A DNA stretch of 64,000 bases from Escherichia phage BF17. The stretch lies in the sequence record MW822008.1, one strand, 5' to 3'. Positions within the stretch are counted from its first letter, which is position 1, and each line of letters opens with the position of its first letter. A program made the translations under genes and the position numbers. Below the pieces are notes generated by a model. That model worked only from the letters and a program-made list of their open reading frames with translations. It made no database searches and was not told the origin of the DNA. Positions 22,197-31,049 of the stretch are shown piece by piece.

Positions 22197-22411
22197 AACA
22201 TTTAAGTAATTACGAGAAGAATAAAATTATCGTTGCTGCAATAAACAAATATTTTACACTTCCTCACACAGAAGGTTTATGTGTAAGGGAACACAGGATA
22301 AACACCACCGATATACGCATGATGGCTGTACTGGGGACGAACTTTCAGGAAGAGTATGTTGTTGCACACATAGTTGCCCTCACTGATTTAATAAGGGACA
22401 AATGCAAATGA
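22193..22411 (+). CDS. family A paralog (VLGTNFQE)
   Basis: ATGA overlap. Confidence 0.65.
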   Translation: MKHLSNYEKNKIIVAAINKYFTLPHTEGLCVREHRINTTDIRMMAVLGTNFQEEYVVAHIVALTDLIRDKCK

Positions 22412-22716
22412 AACACTTAACTGATGATGAATTTGAAACTATAATTCGTAAACTAACCCCCATCACAAGGATAGTCTACGGTGACCCCAGCCTTACATGG
22501 AACCAAATGCGAGCTAAAGTTAATGAGCTATGGTTGCTGTACTTTATGGGGACTCAATATCAAGATAAGTTTTGCACAGAATATATCGAACAATTAACGA
22601 ATGTTATACAGGATAAACTAGATGATTATTTGCTCACAAAACATGAAGATTTTATCAGGAGTGGAGTATCAGACTGCCCTCTTCTCTCTTCTAAACACCC
22701 TCCGCACGAACAATAA
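22402..22716 (+). CDS. family A paralog (FMGTQYQD) with C-terminal extension
   Basis: 104 aa; 3' end overlaps next paralog by about 74 nt. Confidence 0.55.
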   Translation: MQMKHLTDDEFETIIRKLTPITRIVYGDPSLTWNQMRAKVNELWLLYFMGTQYQDKFCTEYIEQLTNVIQDKLDDYLLTKHEDFIRSGVSDCPLLSSKHPPHEQ

Positions 22717-22894
22717 ACTTTATAATTCCCGTGAAGCTGATATCGTCAACGCTGATGTATATCTTAATAAATTCATAGGGACTAACTATCAAGAACTGTT
22801 CACTCTACGATATATCGCTGCATTGAGAAACGAAATATCAGATAAAACCCGTCAAGCCAGAAGAGAATGGAATAAACAATGCGACACAGACTAA
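22643..22894 (+). CDS. family A paralog (FIGTNYQE)
   Basis: internal ATG 22643 of ORF 22622. Confidence 0.55.
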   Translation: MKILSGVEYQTALFSLLNTLRTNNKLYNSREADIVNADVYLNKFIGTNYQELFTLRYIAALRNEISDKTRQARREWNKQCDTD

Positions 22895-23130
22895 ATCACA
22901 AAATGTATTGTAAACTATTACAGACACTGGCACAGAAACACTATGACACTGTATCTGAAATATTACCCTATGATATCATGCGTTTAATTCATAGTGAGGC
23001 AGAGATGCTTGTACTGATGACAGGCACTGATAAAAAAGCAATTGCCAAATCAATAGATATGTTCATCGAAGCACAATGTCAACACATTAGAACCGAGATA
23101 TGGAGACGAGAGAATGATAACACTAAATGA
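22879..23130 (+). CDS. family A paralog, divergent (LMTGTDKK)
   Basis: ORF track; position in array. Confidence 0.55.
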   Translation: MRHRLNHKMYCKLLQTLAQKHYDTVSEILPYDIMRLIHSEAEMLVLMTGTDKKAIAKSIDMFIEAQCQHIRTEIWRRENDNTK

Positions 23131-23329
23131 GTTTCAGTATCATTGGAGGTTACAAACTATCAAATCAAAAGTGTATAGTATTGTGTTAAACAAATCTATT
23201 GCACAAGAGGACAAATGTGTTATAATAGCTGAAATGAAGTTGGGTGCTTTCGTAGGGACAAACTATCAAAACATCTACACTGACGTATTGTTAAGTGCCT
23301 TACGTAACAAGGTGGTATCCAAAATATGA
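23114..23329 (+). CDS. family A paralog (FVGTNYQN)
   Basis: ORF track. Confidence 0.65.
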   Translation: MITLNEFQYHWRLQTIKSKVYSIVLNKSIAQEDKCVIIAEMKLGAFVGTNYQNIYTDVLLSALRNKVVSKI

Positions 23330-23544
23330 GAAATTTACAAGGCTTTGAATACATCAGACTCCTGAAAACATGCACCAGCAGAAGGAAAATCTTATCAAGC
23401 GATAAGAGCATCCAAGCTAACCTTAAGCACGCACTAGTAACTGAACTCTATGTAGGTGCACTCTTAGGCACAAACTATCAACAAATGTATGTAGATCTAT
23501 GGATTGACGCTCTACAGAAAGAGGTTAAAAGTAAATGCAAATGA
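23326..23544 (+). CDS. family A paralog (LLGTNYQQ)
   Basis: ATGA overlap. Confidence 0.65.
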   Translation: MRNLQGFEYIRLLKTCTSRRKILSSDKSIQANLKHALVTELYVGALLGTNYQQMYVDLWIDALQKEVKSKCK

Positions 23545-23753
23545 TTAATTTAAGTAAAGACGAATTTTATGTTATACTGGCGAAAACTTATCCAGCACGT
23601 AAGGCCGTTTATGATAGTCACATTATTGAACCCTCAAAGAAGTTGATTTTAGTAAATGAGATAAAGATGCTTTCAGTCTTAGGAACAAACTATCAAGAGA
23701 ATGCTGTACTGATGTTAATTGATGCCCTCCAGCGAGAGGTTAAACGTAAATGA
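23535..23753 (+). CDS. family A paralog (VLGTNYQE)
   Basis: ORF track. Confidence 0.65.
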   Translation: MQMINLSKDEFYVILAKTYPARKAVYDSHIIEPSKKLILVNEIKMLSVLGTNYQENAVLMLIDALQREVKRK

Positions 23754-23980
23754 AAATGATTAATTTAACTTACCATGAATATCAAAAACGTTTAAATGCA
23801 TCCAGAGATATAAGGATTCAAATATTCAATAACAAAAGATTGAAGCCTGATATCAGGAAAATCAAAATCATAGAAGCCGTGTTGTGCAACTTCCTAGGGA
23901 CTAACTATCAGGAAGGTAAGGTAGAAAACTATCTTATAGAACTCATGAATAGTATTGAAAATAAATGTAAGGGTAATTAA
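23750..23980 (+). CDS. family A paralog (FLGTNYQE)
   Basis: ATGA overlap. Confidence 0.65.
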   Translation: MKMINLTYHEYQKRLNASRDIRIQIFNNKRLKPDIRKIKIIEAVLCNFLGTNYQEGKVENYLIELMNSIENKCKGN

Positions 23981-23981
23981 C

Positions 23982-24221
23982 ATGAAAATGATTAAATTAT
24001 CTCAAGCAAAATATAAAGAACGCCTGGTAAAAATTGCACCTGGACTTAATGAAATCCATCACGGAGAAGTCATTAAACACGGAAATAAGATGATTATGAA
24101 ACTTGAGTTAAAGGTGGGTGCATTCATAGGAACAAACTATCAGGAGTATTATGTAGATGAATACATAATCGCACTTAAGAGATACATTGGAAGAAAACTA
24201 TATCTACAAACTAAAGAATAG
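23982..24221 (+). CDS. family A paralog (FIGTNYQE)
   Basis: internal ATG of ORF 23955; junction AAATGTAAGGGTAATTAACATG repeated at next gene. Confidence 0.6.
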   Translation: MKMIKLSQAKYKERLVKIAPGLNEIHHGEVIKHGNKMIMKLELKVGAFIGTNYQEYYVDEYIIALKRYIGRKLYLQTKE

Positions 24222-24250
24222 TATTGAAAATAAATGTAAGGGTAATTAAC

Positions 24251-24514
24251 ATGCAAATGATCAATTTAAGTAAAGATGAATATACCGAGCGTATGACAAA
24301 AATTACGCACAAACGTAATACAATCTATCACAACCCAGAAATTCAACACAGTAAGAAAATGATTATGATGCGTGAGTTAAAGATGGGTGTATTCTTAGGA
24401 ACAAACTATCAAGATACAGAAGTAAATCGCTTAATCGCGGAGTTGCTACTGGAAATCAGAGGTAAGCTGTACTTTCATCAAATGACCCAACCACTGAGGT
24501 GTACTAAGAAATGA
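24251..24514 (+). CDS. family A paralog (FLGTNYQD)
   Basis: internal ATG of ORF 24224; duplicated junction. Confidence 0.6.
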   Translation: MQMINLSKDEYTERMTKITHKRNTIYHNPEIQHSKKMIMMRELKMGVFLGTNYQDTEVNRLIAELLLEIRGKLYFHQMTQPLRCTKK

Positions 24515-24726
24515 TCAACATCACATTGCAAGAAAGATTCATCCGAATCAACTATGCAATTACCAAATTAGATGCTACTATAGGATTCCAAAGTCTACCA
24601 TACAAAACCAGATTGTTATTAGAGTGTGAAGCTAAGTTGGGTGTACTATTAGGGACGCAACACCAACAACGATATGTGGAAATCTGGATTGATCTTTTAA
24701 CCCAGGATGTACATGAGAGAATGTAA
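24511..24726 (+). CDS. family A paralog (LLGTQHQQ)
   Basis: ATGA overlap. Confidence 0.65.
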   Translation: MINITLQERFIRINYAITKLDATIGFQSLPYKTRLLLECEAKLGVLLGTQHQQRYVEIWIDLLTQDVHERM

Positions 24727-24981
24727 ATGCAAAATGAAATGATATACTTAACCTATAATGAATACGTCGAGAGATTAGTTCGTGCCAAGAGATATACCAA
24801 TAAACGTCCAATTGACCTAAACCAAACCCCTGCCGAAAGGAGTGCAGAAGTTTTATTCCAATCACTACCATACCTTCTTGGAACTGATAGACAAGAGGAA
24901 TATGTTGCACGTATGATTAGATATCTTAAAATCACTATTAAGGAAAAAGTAAATGCAAATGAAATACTTAACAGACGATGA
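24727..24981 (+). CDS. family A paralog (LLGTDRQE)
   Basis: ORF track. Confidence 0.65.
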   Translation: MQNEMIYLTYNEYVERLVRAKRYTNKRPIDLNQTPAERSAEVLFQSLPYLLGTDRQEEYVARMIRYLKITIKEKVNANEILNRR

Positions 24982-25204
24982 GTTAAAAGAACGACTAATT
25001 AAATCCAGAAAACTTACAAATCAACTTCCAAACGACACAAACAAGTCACATGCCGAAAGGAGTGCAGAAGTTTTATACATTCAACTCATGTACTTTCTTG
25101 GCACTGACAGACAAGAGTATTACATTGAAAGTATGCTTCGATATCTTAAATTCTCTATAAAGGAAAAGATACATGCTCAAGAATTTAAAAATCCTAACAG
25201 TTAA
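24953..25204 (+). CDS. family A paralog (FLGTDRQE)
   Basis: ORF track; close paralog of 24727 gene (HAERSAEVL shared). Confidence 0.65.
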   Translation: MQMKYLTDDELKERLIKSRKLTNQLPNDTNKSHAERSAEVLYIQLMYFLGTDRQEYYIESMLRYLKFSIKEKIHAQEFKNPNS

Positions 25205-25415
25205 TGAATATCATACGATTGTAATGAAAACTAATAGTGCAATTTCTAAAAAATCAAACCCCAAGTACATACTGGAACACACATTCGAAGAACGTCAATT
25301 AGCTTTAGTTGAAGCAAAACTTCTTGCACTCCTAGGAACAAACTATCAGGAAGAATACATCAGAAAACTAATATACCTTTTAACTAAACATATAAGAAAA
25401 AGAAAAAATGCATGA
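25173..25415 (+). CDS. family A paralog (LLGTNYQE)
   Basis: ORF track. Confidence 0.65.
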   Translation: MLKNLKILTVNEYHTIVMKTNSAISKKSNPKYILEHTFEERQLALVEAKLLALLGTNYQEEYIRKLIYLLTKHIRKRKNA

Positions 25416-25642
25416 AACACTTGACAGATGATGAACATGGACTTATAGTAATGGATGTAATCAACATCGAATACAAAAAGTTGATACGCTACCGTTGTTA
25501 TGAAGATAAGCAACTCGTTCTAGCAGAACAGAAGTTGTTTCGACTCTTAAACACAAACTTCCAAGCACAATACGAAGAATCGTATATGTACCTTTTGGCG
25601 AGGAAAGCAAAAAGAGATTATGAAAATTTTAAGCAAAGGTGA
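25412..25642 (+). CDS. family A paralog (LLNTNFQA)
   Basis: ATGA overlap. Confidence 0.65.
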   Translation: MKHLTDDEHGLIVMDVINIEYKKLIRYRCYEDKQLVLAEQKLFRLLNTNFQAQYEESYMYLLARKAKRDYENFKQR

Positions 25643-25841
25643 TTCAGTAATATTACTTATAGAGAGTTCAAGTAAATTCTTAAACATAACACTGTCTGAT
25701 ATAGATGAAGATGACAAAGAAGTACTGAGAGCAGATTTAAGAGTACTGTTACATATCGGAACAAACCTACAAGAAGAATATGTAGAGTGCTACATTAATG
25801 AACTTAAAGAATCAGTACTGAGAAAATGCAAATGCAAATGA
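25620..25841 (+). CDS. family A paralog (HIGTNLQE)
   Basis: ORF track. Confidence 0.65.
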   Translation: MKILSKGDSVILLIESSSKFLNITLSDIDEDDKEVLRADLRVLLHIGTNLQEEYVECYINELKESVLRKCKCK

Positions 25842-26065
25842 AAATCATTTCACCCACAGAATACAACCAACTATTAAGTAGTTTAATTCTAAAGCTGTTT
25901 ATAACAAAAAGCATGAAATTACCAGATGATGAAATAAGTATTCTAGTAAGTGAAATCTATGTTCAAGCTACACTAGGGACTAACTATCAAGAATGCAATA
26001 TTAATGATTACATCAATGAACTAAAAAGGTTTATCCAATGCAAATGCGAATCATTACCGAAGTAG
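25826..26065 (+). CDS. family A paralog (TLGTNYQE)
   Basis: ORF track. Confidence 0.65.
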   Translation: MQMQMKIISPTEYNQLLSSLILKLFITKSMKLPDDEISILVSEIYVQATLGTNYQECNINDYINELKRFIQCKCESLPK

Positions 26066-26280
26066 AATACCTAACAATCATAAATGGACTGTTTTCGAAG
26101 TTATTTGCCATTAACACATCAAAACTTCCAGATTCTGATAAAATTATTAAGTTAAATGAAATCTACGTTCAAGCTACTCTAGGAACAAACTATCAAGAAG
26201 CCAATGTGTATAATTACATTAATACACTCAAAAGGGTAATACAATTAAAATGCACAGACAGCACACACACAAACCCCTAG
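26038..26280 (+). CDS. family A paralog (TLGTNYQE)
   Basis: close paralog of 25826 gene. Confidence 0.65.
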   Translation: MQMRIITEVEYLTIINGLFSKLFAINTSKLPDSDKIIKLNEIYVQATLGTNYQEANVYNYINTLKRVIQLKCTDSTHTNP

Positions 26281-26480
26281 GAACAGCAGAATACATTGAA
26301 CTAATGGCTGCAAACTTCTCATCCTTTAAGAAACTGATGCAAGAATCAAAGAATGATTTAGAATATCACATCAAAAGTTCAGATTTAAGATTGCTACTCA
26401 CTCTAGGAACAGATTCCCAAGAGCGATTTGTCAATGAGCATATTAGAGCACTTTTAAATGGCATCAGGAATAAACTATGA
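26250..26480 (+). CDS. family A paralog (TLGTDSQE)
   Basis: ORF track. Confidence 0.6.
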   Translation: MHRQHTHKPLGTAEYIELMAANFSSFKKLMQESKNDLEYHIKSSDLRLLLTLGTDSQERFVNEHIRALLNGIRNKL

Positions 26481-26693
26481 AGGAAATATCAAATCAAGAG
26501 TACTTGGCACTATTCAGGAAGAATAATCACAAATATATGGCACTTGATTCAAGAACTGATATAAGTGAACTTGAAAAAAAATCTTTTGCGTTCAGAGATG
26601 ATAGTACTGACACTCTTAGGAACACAGCATCAAGAGAGAACTGTTAATTCACACATAGGGATTCTTATGCAGATAGTTCAGGAAAAGATATGA
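26477..26693 (+). pseudogene. family A paralog disrupted by +1 frameshift at an A8 homopolymer
   Basis: N-terminal frame MKEISNQEYLALF... stops at 26645-26647; the C-terminal ...MIVLTLLGTQHQERTVNSHIGILMQIVQEKI is in the +1 frame; A-run 26574-26581. Confidence 0.6.
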
Positions 26694-26911
26694 GAATCAT
26701 AACACAACAAGATATTCTTAAGTTCACAAGGGTTCATGCATCTGAATTTGATGCTATATTATCAAAAAGTTACAACAACCCTTATACACAAGATGTACAT
26801 TACAGTGAATTATGGATGTATATACTTTTAGGTACAAATAAGCAAGAGCAAGCCGTACAGAAGTATTTGACAGCTTTACGTGATGCTACTGCTAATGGAG
26901 TATGTGTTTAA
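26690..26911 (+). CDS. family A paralog (LLGTNKQE)
   Basis: ORF track. Confidence 0.65.
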   Translation: MRIITQQDILKFTRVHASEFDAILSKSYNNPYTQDVHYSELWMYILLGTNKQEQAVQKYLTALRDATANGVCV

Positions 26912-26912
26912 T

Positions 26913-27155
26913 ATGAAAGTACTGACAGAAATAGAAATGTATCATAGATTTAATAAGTACTATCATTTACTTAAGCCTATACAGAGGATTAAATGTCCAT
27001 TTGAAGAGAAACAGGTTTTAATCTATGAGCACAAGTTCTTTGTATCATTAGGTACAGATCAACAAGAGTACTATTTGACGTTGTACTTGATTACATTAAT
27101 AGATTTAATTCACTATAAAACCAAACAAGCTAATAAAGAGAAATATGAAAACTAA
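26913..27155 (+). CDS. family A paralog (SLGTDQQE)
   Basis: internal ATG of ORF 26880. Confidence 0.6.
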   Translation: MKVLTEIEMYHRFNKYYHLLKPIQRIKCPFEEKQVLIYEHKFFVSLGTDQQEYYLTLYLITLIDLIHYKTKQANKEKYEN

Positions 27156-27489
27156 TATACAACTCAAGGTATATAAATCATTTGAACATACATATATCAA
27201 AAGTAGTCTATGTAGAGATGTAATGGATTACAAGGGTAAGCCATTCACAATTACCTATGATTCTTATGTTAGTGATTTATATATATCATTTGTTAATTAC
27301 GAAAATAAAATATACAAGCACGTTGATATTAAAGATTTAAGTACTTTATCACCAGAGGAATACTTTCAGGAATCATTAGTATGGGATTTAGAGTTTCCTA
27401 TGCCATTAGTACATAAGATGATAGTACTAATGAAAGAATCTAAACAGGAGCCTAATGGTGATTATGAAGAACACACAGTTGAGTACTGA
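27145..27489 (+). CDS. family B paralog (PEEYFQESLVWD)
   Basis: ORF track; conserved acidic-aromatic FQ motif in C-terminal third. Confidence 0.65.
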   Translation: MKTNIQLKVYKSFEHTYIKSSLCRDVMDYKGKPFTITYDSYVSDLYISFVNYENKIYKHVDIKDLSTLSPEEYFQESLVWDLEFPMPLVHKMIVLMKESKQEPNGDYEEHTVEY

Positions 27490-27850
27490 TAATATTAAGA
27501 GTTATACAAGCTCAAGTACTGTGACAATCGAAGTGAATTCTATTAATGCTGGTAATGCAGTAGATAAGTTCTTTATTGCTCAAGGGTACAGGAAAGATAT
27601 TCATCAATATTGTTCAGTATATGGGGAGTACAATAGTACTGAAGATATAATTTATTGGTCAACACATCAAGATTATCTAACTAAAATTGGCGTTCCAGAT
27701 GTTAGTACTTTATCTGAAGAAGAATACTTTCAGTACAGCTTAGTACATGATGTACCTATACCTTTAGGGTTAATCAAGGGTATACAGGAAGAGGTTCATA
27801 AGCTTAAATCCATGAGTAAAGGTACTTTCATTAGAACAGTGCAATACTAG
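27455..27850 (+). CDS. family B paralog (EEEYFQYSLVHD)
   Basis: ORF track; RBS AGGAG. Confidence 0.65.
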   Translation: MVIMKNTQLSTDNIKSYTSSSTVTIEVNSINAGNAVDKFFIAQGYRKDIHQYCSVYGEYNSTEDIIYWSTHQDYLTKIGVPDVSTLSEEEYFQYSLVHDVPIPLGLIKGIQEEVHKLKSMSKGTFIRTVQY

Positions 27851-27851
27851 C

Positions 27852-27880
27852 TTGACAGTACTTTTCATTACTGATATAGT
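27852..27880 (+). promoter_or_regulatory. sigma70-like promoter (TTGACA-17-TATAGT)
   Basis: TTGACA 27852-27857, TATAGT 27875-27880. Confidence 0.55.
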
Positions 27881-27911
27881 ACCTGTACGTTAATCATTAG
27901 GGTAGAAAATT

Positions 27912-28157
27912 ATGTTAAATTTTTTAAATTTCCTTATCGTCTTGTGTATTGTTCTTGGGATTGCACCATTTGTATTGTATTTCATGGATTCAGATGAAAT
28001 GCAGAAGATGAATTGCACAAGGACAGGACAGAGTAGAGTAGAGACGATTCTTATGCCTGTTACGGTTATTGTTAACAACATGCCCATTACGAACATGGTC
28101 CCTACCCTAACGACAACGTACCAGTACTCTTGTGCTGACGGAGAGAGGTGGAGATGA
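27912..28157 (+). CDS. small membrane protein (81 aa) with N-terminal TM helix
   Basis: MLNFLNFLIVLCIVLGIAPFVLYF hydrophobic segment. Confidence 0.6.
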   Translation: MLNFLNFLIVLCIVLGIAPFVLYFMDSDEMQKMNCTRTGQSRVETILMPVTVIVNNMPITNMVPTLTTTYQYSCADGERWR

Positions 28158-28465
28158 AATTTAATATAGCAAAAACATCTAATATATGTATATTTGGTTA
28201 TGCCGAAGAGTTGGGTGATATTGACATTCTTTTGTACAAAAAGGATGGTGTTATGCATTTCAAGTACCAGGATGAAGAGGCAGACAATTATCTTTTACCT
28301 AATTTAGTACAAATGCAGGAAGATGAATTATTCCAGTACAGCTTAGTATACGACATTGATATTTGCACGATGCCAGTACTAATTAGTATTCAAAAAGTGA
28401 TGCTCGATATGTATGATAAGCTAATACAAGGTATGTCAGGGAGGATCATTGAAATTGACATATAA
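28148..28465 (+). CDS. family B paralog (EDELFQYSLVYD)
   Basis: ORF track. Confidence 0.65.
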   Translation: MEMKFNIAKTSNICIFGYAEELGDIDILLYKKDGVMHFKYQDEEADNYLLPNLVQMQEDELFQYSLVYDIDICTMPVLISIQKVMLDMYDKLIQGMSGRIIEIDI

Positions 28466-28661
28466 GAATATACCTAATGCATATGAAATGAAGTACAGGG
28501 AGTTTATTAAAAATGTACACACCGATCCTTTTAATATCAAAATATCAGATTTTGATGTATTATTTTATCTAGGGACAATAGCACAGGATCAATGCGTTGA
28601 TAAGCTCATATGGTCCTTGAAAATGGAGATACAATGCAGACCCAAATATATAAAAAGGTAG
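28449..28661 (+). CDS. family A-like paralog (YLGTIAQD)
   Basis: ORF track. Confidence 0.55.
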   Translation: MKLTYKNIPNAYEMKYREFIKNVHTDPFNIKISDFDVLFYLGTIAQDQCVDKLIWSLKMEIQCRPKYIKR

Positions 28662-28897
28662 ATTCTTTATTGTACGCTTCAAAGTACAGGGATTTTTGTT
28701 TACGAGGGGGAGAGGAAGATTTCTCTCTGAGATTATCTGAATTTAATATGTTATTTTATCTTGGTACAAAAGATCAAGAAGATACAGTACAGAAATTTAT
28801 CAAGCACCTTGAACAAAAAATTCATATGCAAATTTTTATGCTTAAGGTACATAATGAGATAAACAAATATGAACCCAACAATAGTACAGGATCTTAA
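28634..28897 (+). CDS. family A-like paralog (YLGTKDQE)
   Basis: internal ATG of ORF 28610. Confidence 0.55.
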   Translation: MQTQIYKKVDSLLYASKYRDFCLRGGEEDFSLRLSEFNMLFYLGTKDQEDTVQKFIKHLEQKIHMQIFMLKVHNEINKYEPNNSTGS

Positions 28898-29255
28898 ACA
28901 AGTAATATTCCTTTTGAATACCAGAAGTGAATTGTATACAGAGTTAAAAGAGATTAATGCATTTTATCAGAATTTTGTAATCCAAGAGTTCAGTGATTTA
29001 ATTACAGATGCATTATTTGAATTCTCGGAGAAATACAAAGGAACAGAGTTCAGTGTTAAGAATGTTATTCGTCCAAGTACAAGGAAAATTATATTATCAC
29101 ATTTTACATTTGACAATAAAGATTTATTCAGTCATAATCCAAGTACAGCTTTATATTTTATTCCTGATTCAGATAAAAATCATCCTATTCATTACGGATG
29201 GATTTTGTCATATATAGTACAAGGAAAGGAGTATCCTATTAAATGGAAAGATTAG
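28869..29255 (+). CDS. hypothetical protein (128 aa)
   Basis: ORF track. Confidence 0.55.
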   Translation: MNPTIVQDLKQVIFLLNTRSELYTELKEINAFYQNFVIQEFSDLITDALFEFSEKYKGTEFSVKNVIRPSTRKIILSHFTFDNKDLFSHNPSTALYFIPDSDKNHPIHYGWILSYIVQGKEYPIKWKD

Positions 29256-29403
29256 GGCGATTAGATTATTACACAATTAATACAAATTATTTGTTGCGTA
29301 ATATAAAATCCGATTACAAAATATGGATAAAGAACAGAGATAGCATGTGTTATGAATTTTATTTAGATTATGCTATCAAACGATTTTTAAGAGAAGAACA
29401 TTA

Positions 29404-29607
29404 ATGCAAAAGATTAATACGATAACATTAAATGCATTACAGGATTCATTATTAGATAGTATTAAGATGTATTACAATATACATTTGAAGGGTGGTATTG
29501 ATGATTACGATTATTATTTGAGTTTAATTACATTTGAGCACCTTTCAGTACAGGACAGGATTTTACATCCTACAAATCCTAGGTATCCATCGATAGGTAA
29601 ATTATGA
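29404..29607 (+). CDS. hypothetical protein (67 aa)
   Basis: ORF track. Confidence 0.5.
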   Translation: MQKINTITLNALQDSLLDSIKMYYNIHLKGGIDDYDYYLSLITFEHLSVQDRILHPTNPRYPSIGKL

Positions 29608-30158
29608 ATGAGATAGAGTTATTAGCACACAAGATAAGTACAATAATGCTTATCCTCAATAACAACCATCCTATATCGCAGATAGATGGAATCCTGAGTC
29701 AGAGGACAGGTGGTAGTTTATATTTGTCCATAAACGCAGATATCGCAAGGAAATACATTGATATTGACATTGATGTTGAAATCGAATATGATACAACGGG
29801 GATTGTTGGTGTAGGTGCATTAATCAGTTCAAATCCAGTATCAGCATCCCCATTGACCAAAGATGTTAGTACAGGATTCGAAGGGTATTTGTGGTACAAT
29901 ACCAATGATGATTATTTTATATATCAGCATTCCAATACAAATTATGATGAAGACAAATTTCAGTTCATAGACCCTTATGATGAAGCTGAAGTATTTCAAA
30001 AATCATTAATCACAAAACCGCATGAGATGATGTATCTAATTTTATTCAGTACAATGCATTTGAATCCATTAATTAAAGGTTTAAAATTTTATATTCAATT
30101 AAATTTAGTCCATGTAGTTTATGATTTATTAATGCAAGGATATAGTTATGAAGTATAA
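29604..30158 (+). CDS. family B-like paralog (EAEVFQKSLIT; C-terminal LIKGLKFYIQ)
   Basis: ATGA overlap; copy 1 of a tandem segmental duplication. Confidence 0.65.
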   Translation: MNEIELLAHKISTIMLILNNNHPISQIDGILSQRTGGSLYLSINADIARKYIDIDIDVEIEYDTTGIVGVGALISSNPVSASPLTKDVSTGFEGYLWYNTNDDYFIYQHSNTNYDEDKFQFIDPYDEAEVFQKSLITKPHEMMYLILFSTMHLNPLIKGLKFYIQLNLVHVVYDLLMQGYSYEV

Positions 30159-30230
30159 AATGAAGTATAAAATGATGTATACCCCAAGATATGATTTATG
30201 TTGAATTAGAAGATGATGCATCCATCAATA
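30148..30230 (+). pseudogene. truncated remnant of the 5' end of gene 30738 created by segmental duplication
   Basis: GGATATAGTTATGAAGTATAAAATGA...CCCCAAGATATGATTTATGTTGAATTAGAAGATGATG nearly identical to 30728-30800 with 1-nt insertion. Confidence 0.6.
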
Positions 30231-30241
30231 GGTAATAATAT

Positions 30242-30748
30242 ATGAATGAGATAGAATTATTAGCACACAAGATTAGTACAGTAATGCTTATGCTCAAGAA
30301 TAATCATTCTATGCATAAGTACATTTATATAGGTGATTTACGCATAGAAGATAGATATGATAAATTATCGTTTTTGTTTAAAGATGAAAGTAATGCAAAA
30401 GTTTGTTTTGCAGCATTTGCCCAAGGCAATCCAGAACAAGCATCTCCTGTTATATACGAAAATAGTGAAGGGTATTTGTGGGTCAACACAAACGATTATT
30501 TCTTTTATGATTTGAAACAAAATGATGAAGTAGAAGCACGAATTGATTTAATTGATATTAGTTCAGATTGTAGTTCTGAATTATTTCAGAAATCGTTATT
30601 ATACAGTCCTCGTCAAATACATTATCTAAAGTTATTCAGTTCATTGTACGCGAATCCTTTAATTAAGGGTTTTAAATTTTATATCAAAATTCCGTACCTT
30701 TCAAACGTTTATGATATTTTGATGCAAGGATATAGTTATGAAGTATAA
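30242..30748 (+). CDS. family B-like paralog (SSELFQKSLLY); copy 2 of duplication
   Basis: N-terminus MNEIELLAHKIST shared with 29604 gene. Confidence 0.65.
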   Translation: MNEIELLAHKISTVMLMLKNNHSMHKYIYIGDLRIEDRYDKLSFLFKDESNAKVCFAAFAQGNPEQASPVIYENSEGYLWVNTNDYFFYDLKQNDEVEARIDLIDISSDCSSELFQKSLLYSPRQIHYLKLFSSLYANPLIKGFKFYIKIPYLSNVYDILMQGYSYEV

Positions 30749-31049
30749 AATGATGTATACCCCAGATATGATTTATGTTGAATTAGAAGATGATGACGAT
30801 GGGTGGAATTTGATTTATTCAAGAAGTTCAGGTTGGTACATGGCACATTTAAATGATTCGATAGTTACAGATTATTTTGTAGATTTCAATACATTATCCG
30901 ATGAAGAATTGTTCCAACAGCAATTAGTGATTGACACGGGTGGTTATGATGTCTTATTATTAAAAAAGATACAGAAAGCTGTTATTGATTTTAAGCCCAT
31001 GATATGGCAAAGGAAATATTATGACCTCGAAGTACCGTACCAGCAATGA
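30738..31049 (+). CDS. family B paralog (DEELFQQQLVID)
   Basis: ORF track. Confidence 0.65.
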   Translation: MKYKMMYTPDMIYVELEDDDDGWNLIYSRSSGWYMAHLNDSIVTDYFVDFNTLSDEELFQQQLVIDTGGYDVLLLKKIQKAVIDFKPMIWQRKYYDLEVPYQQ

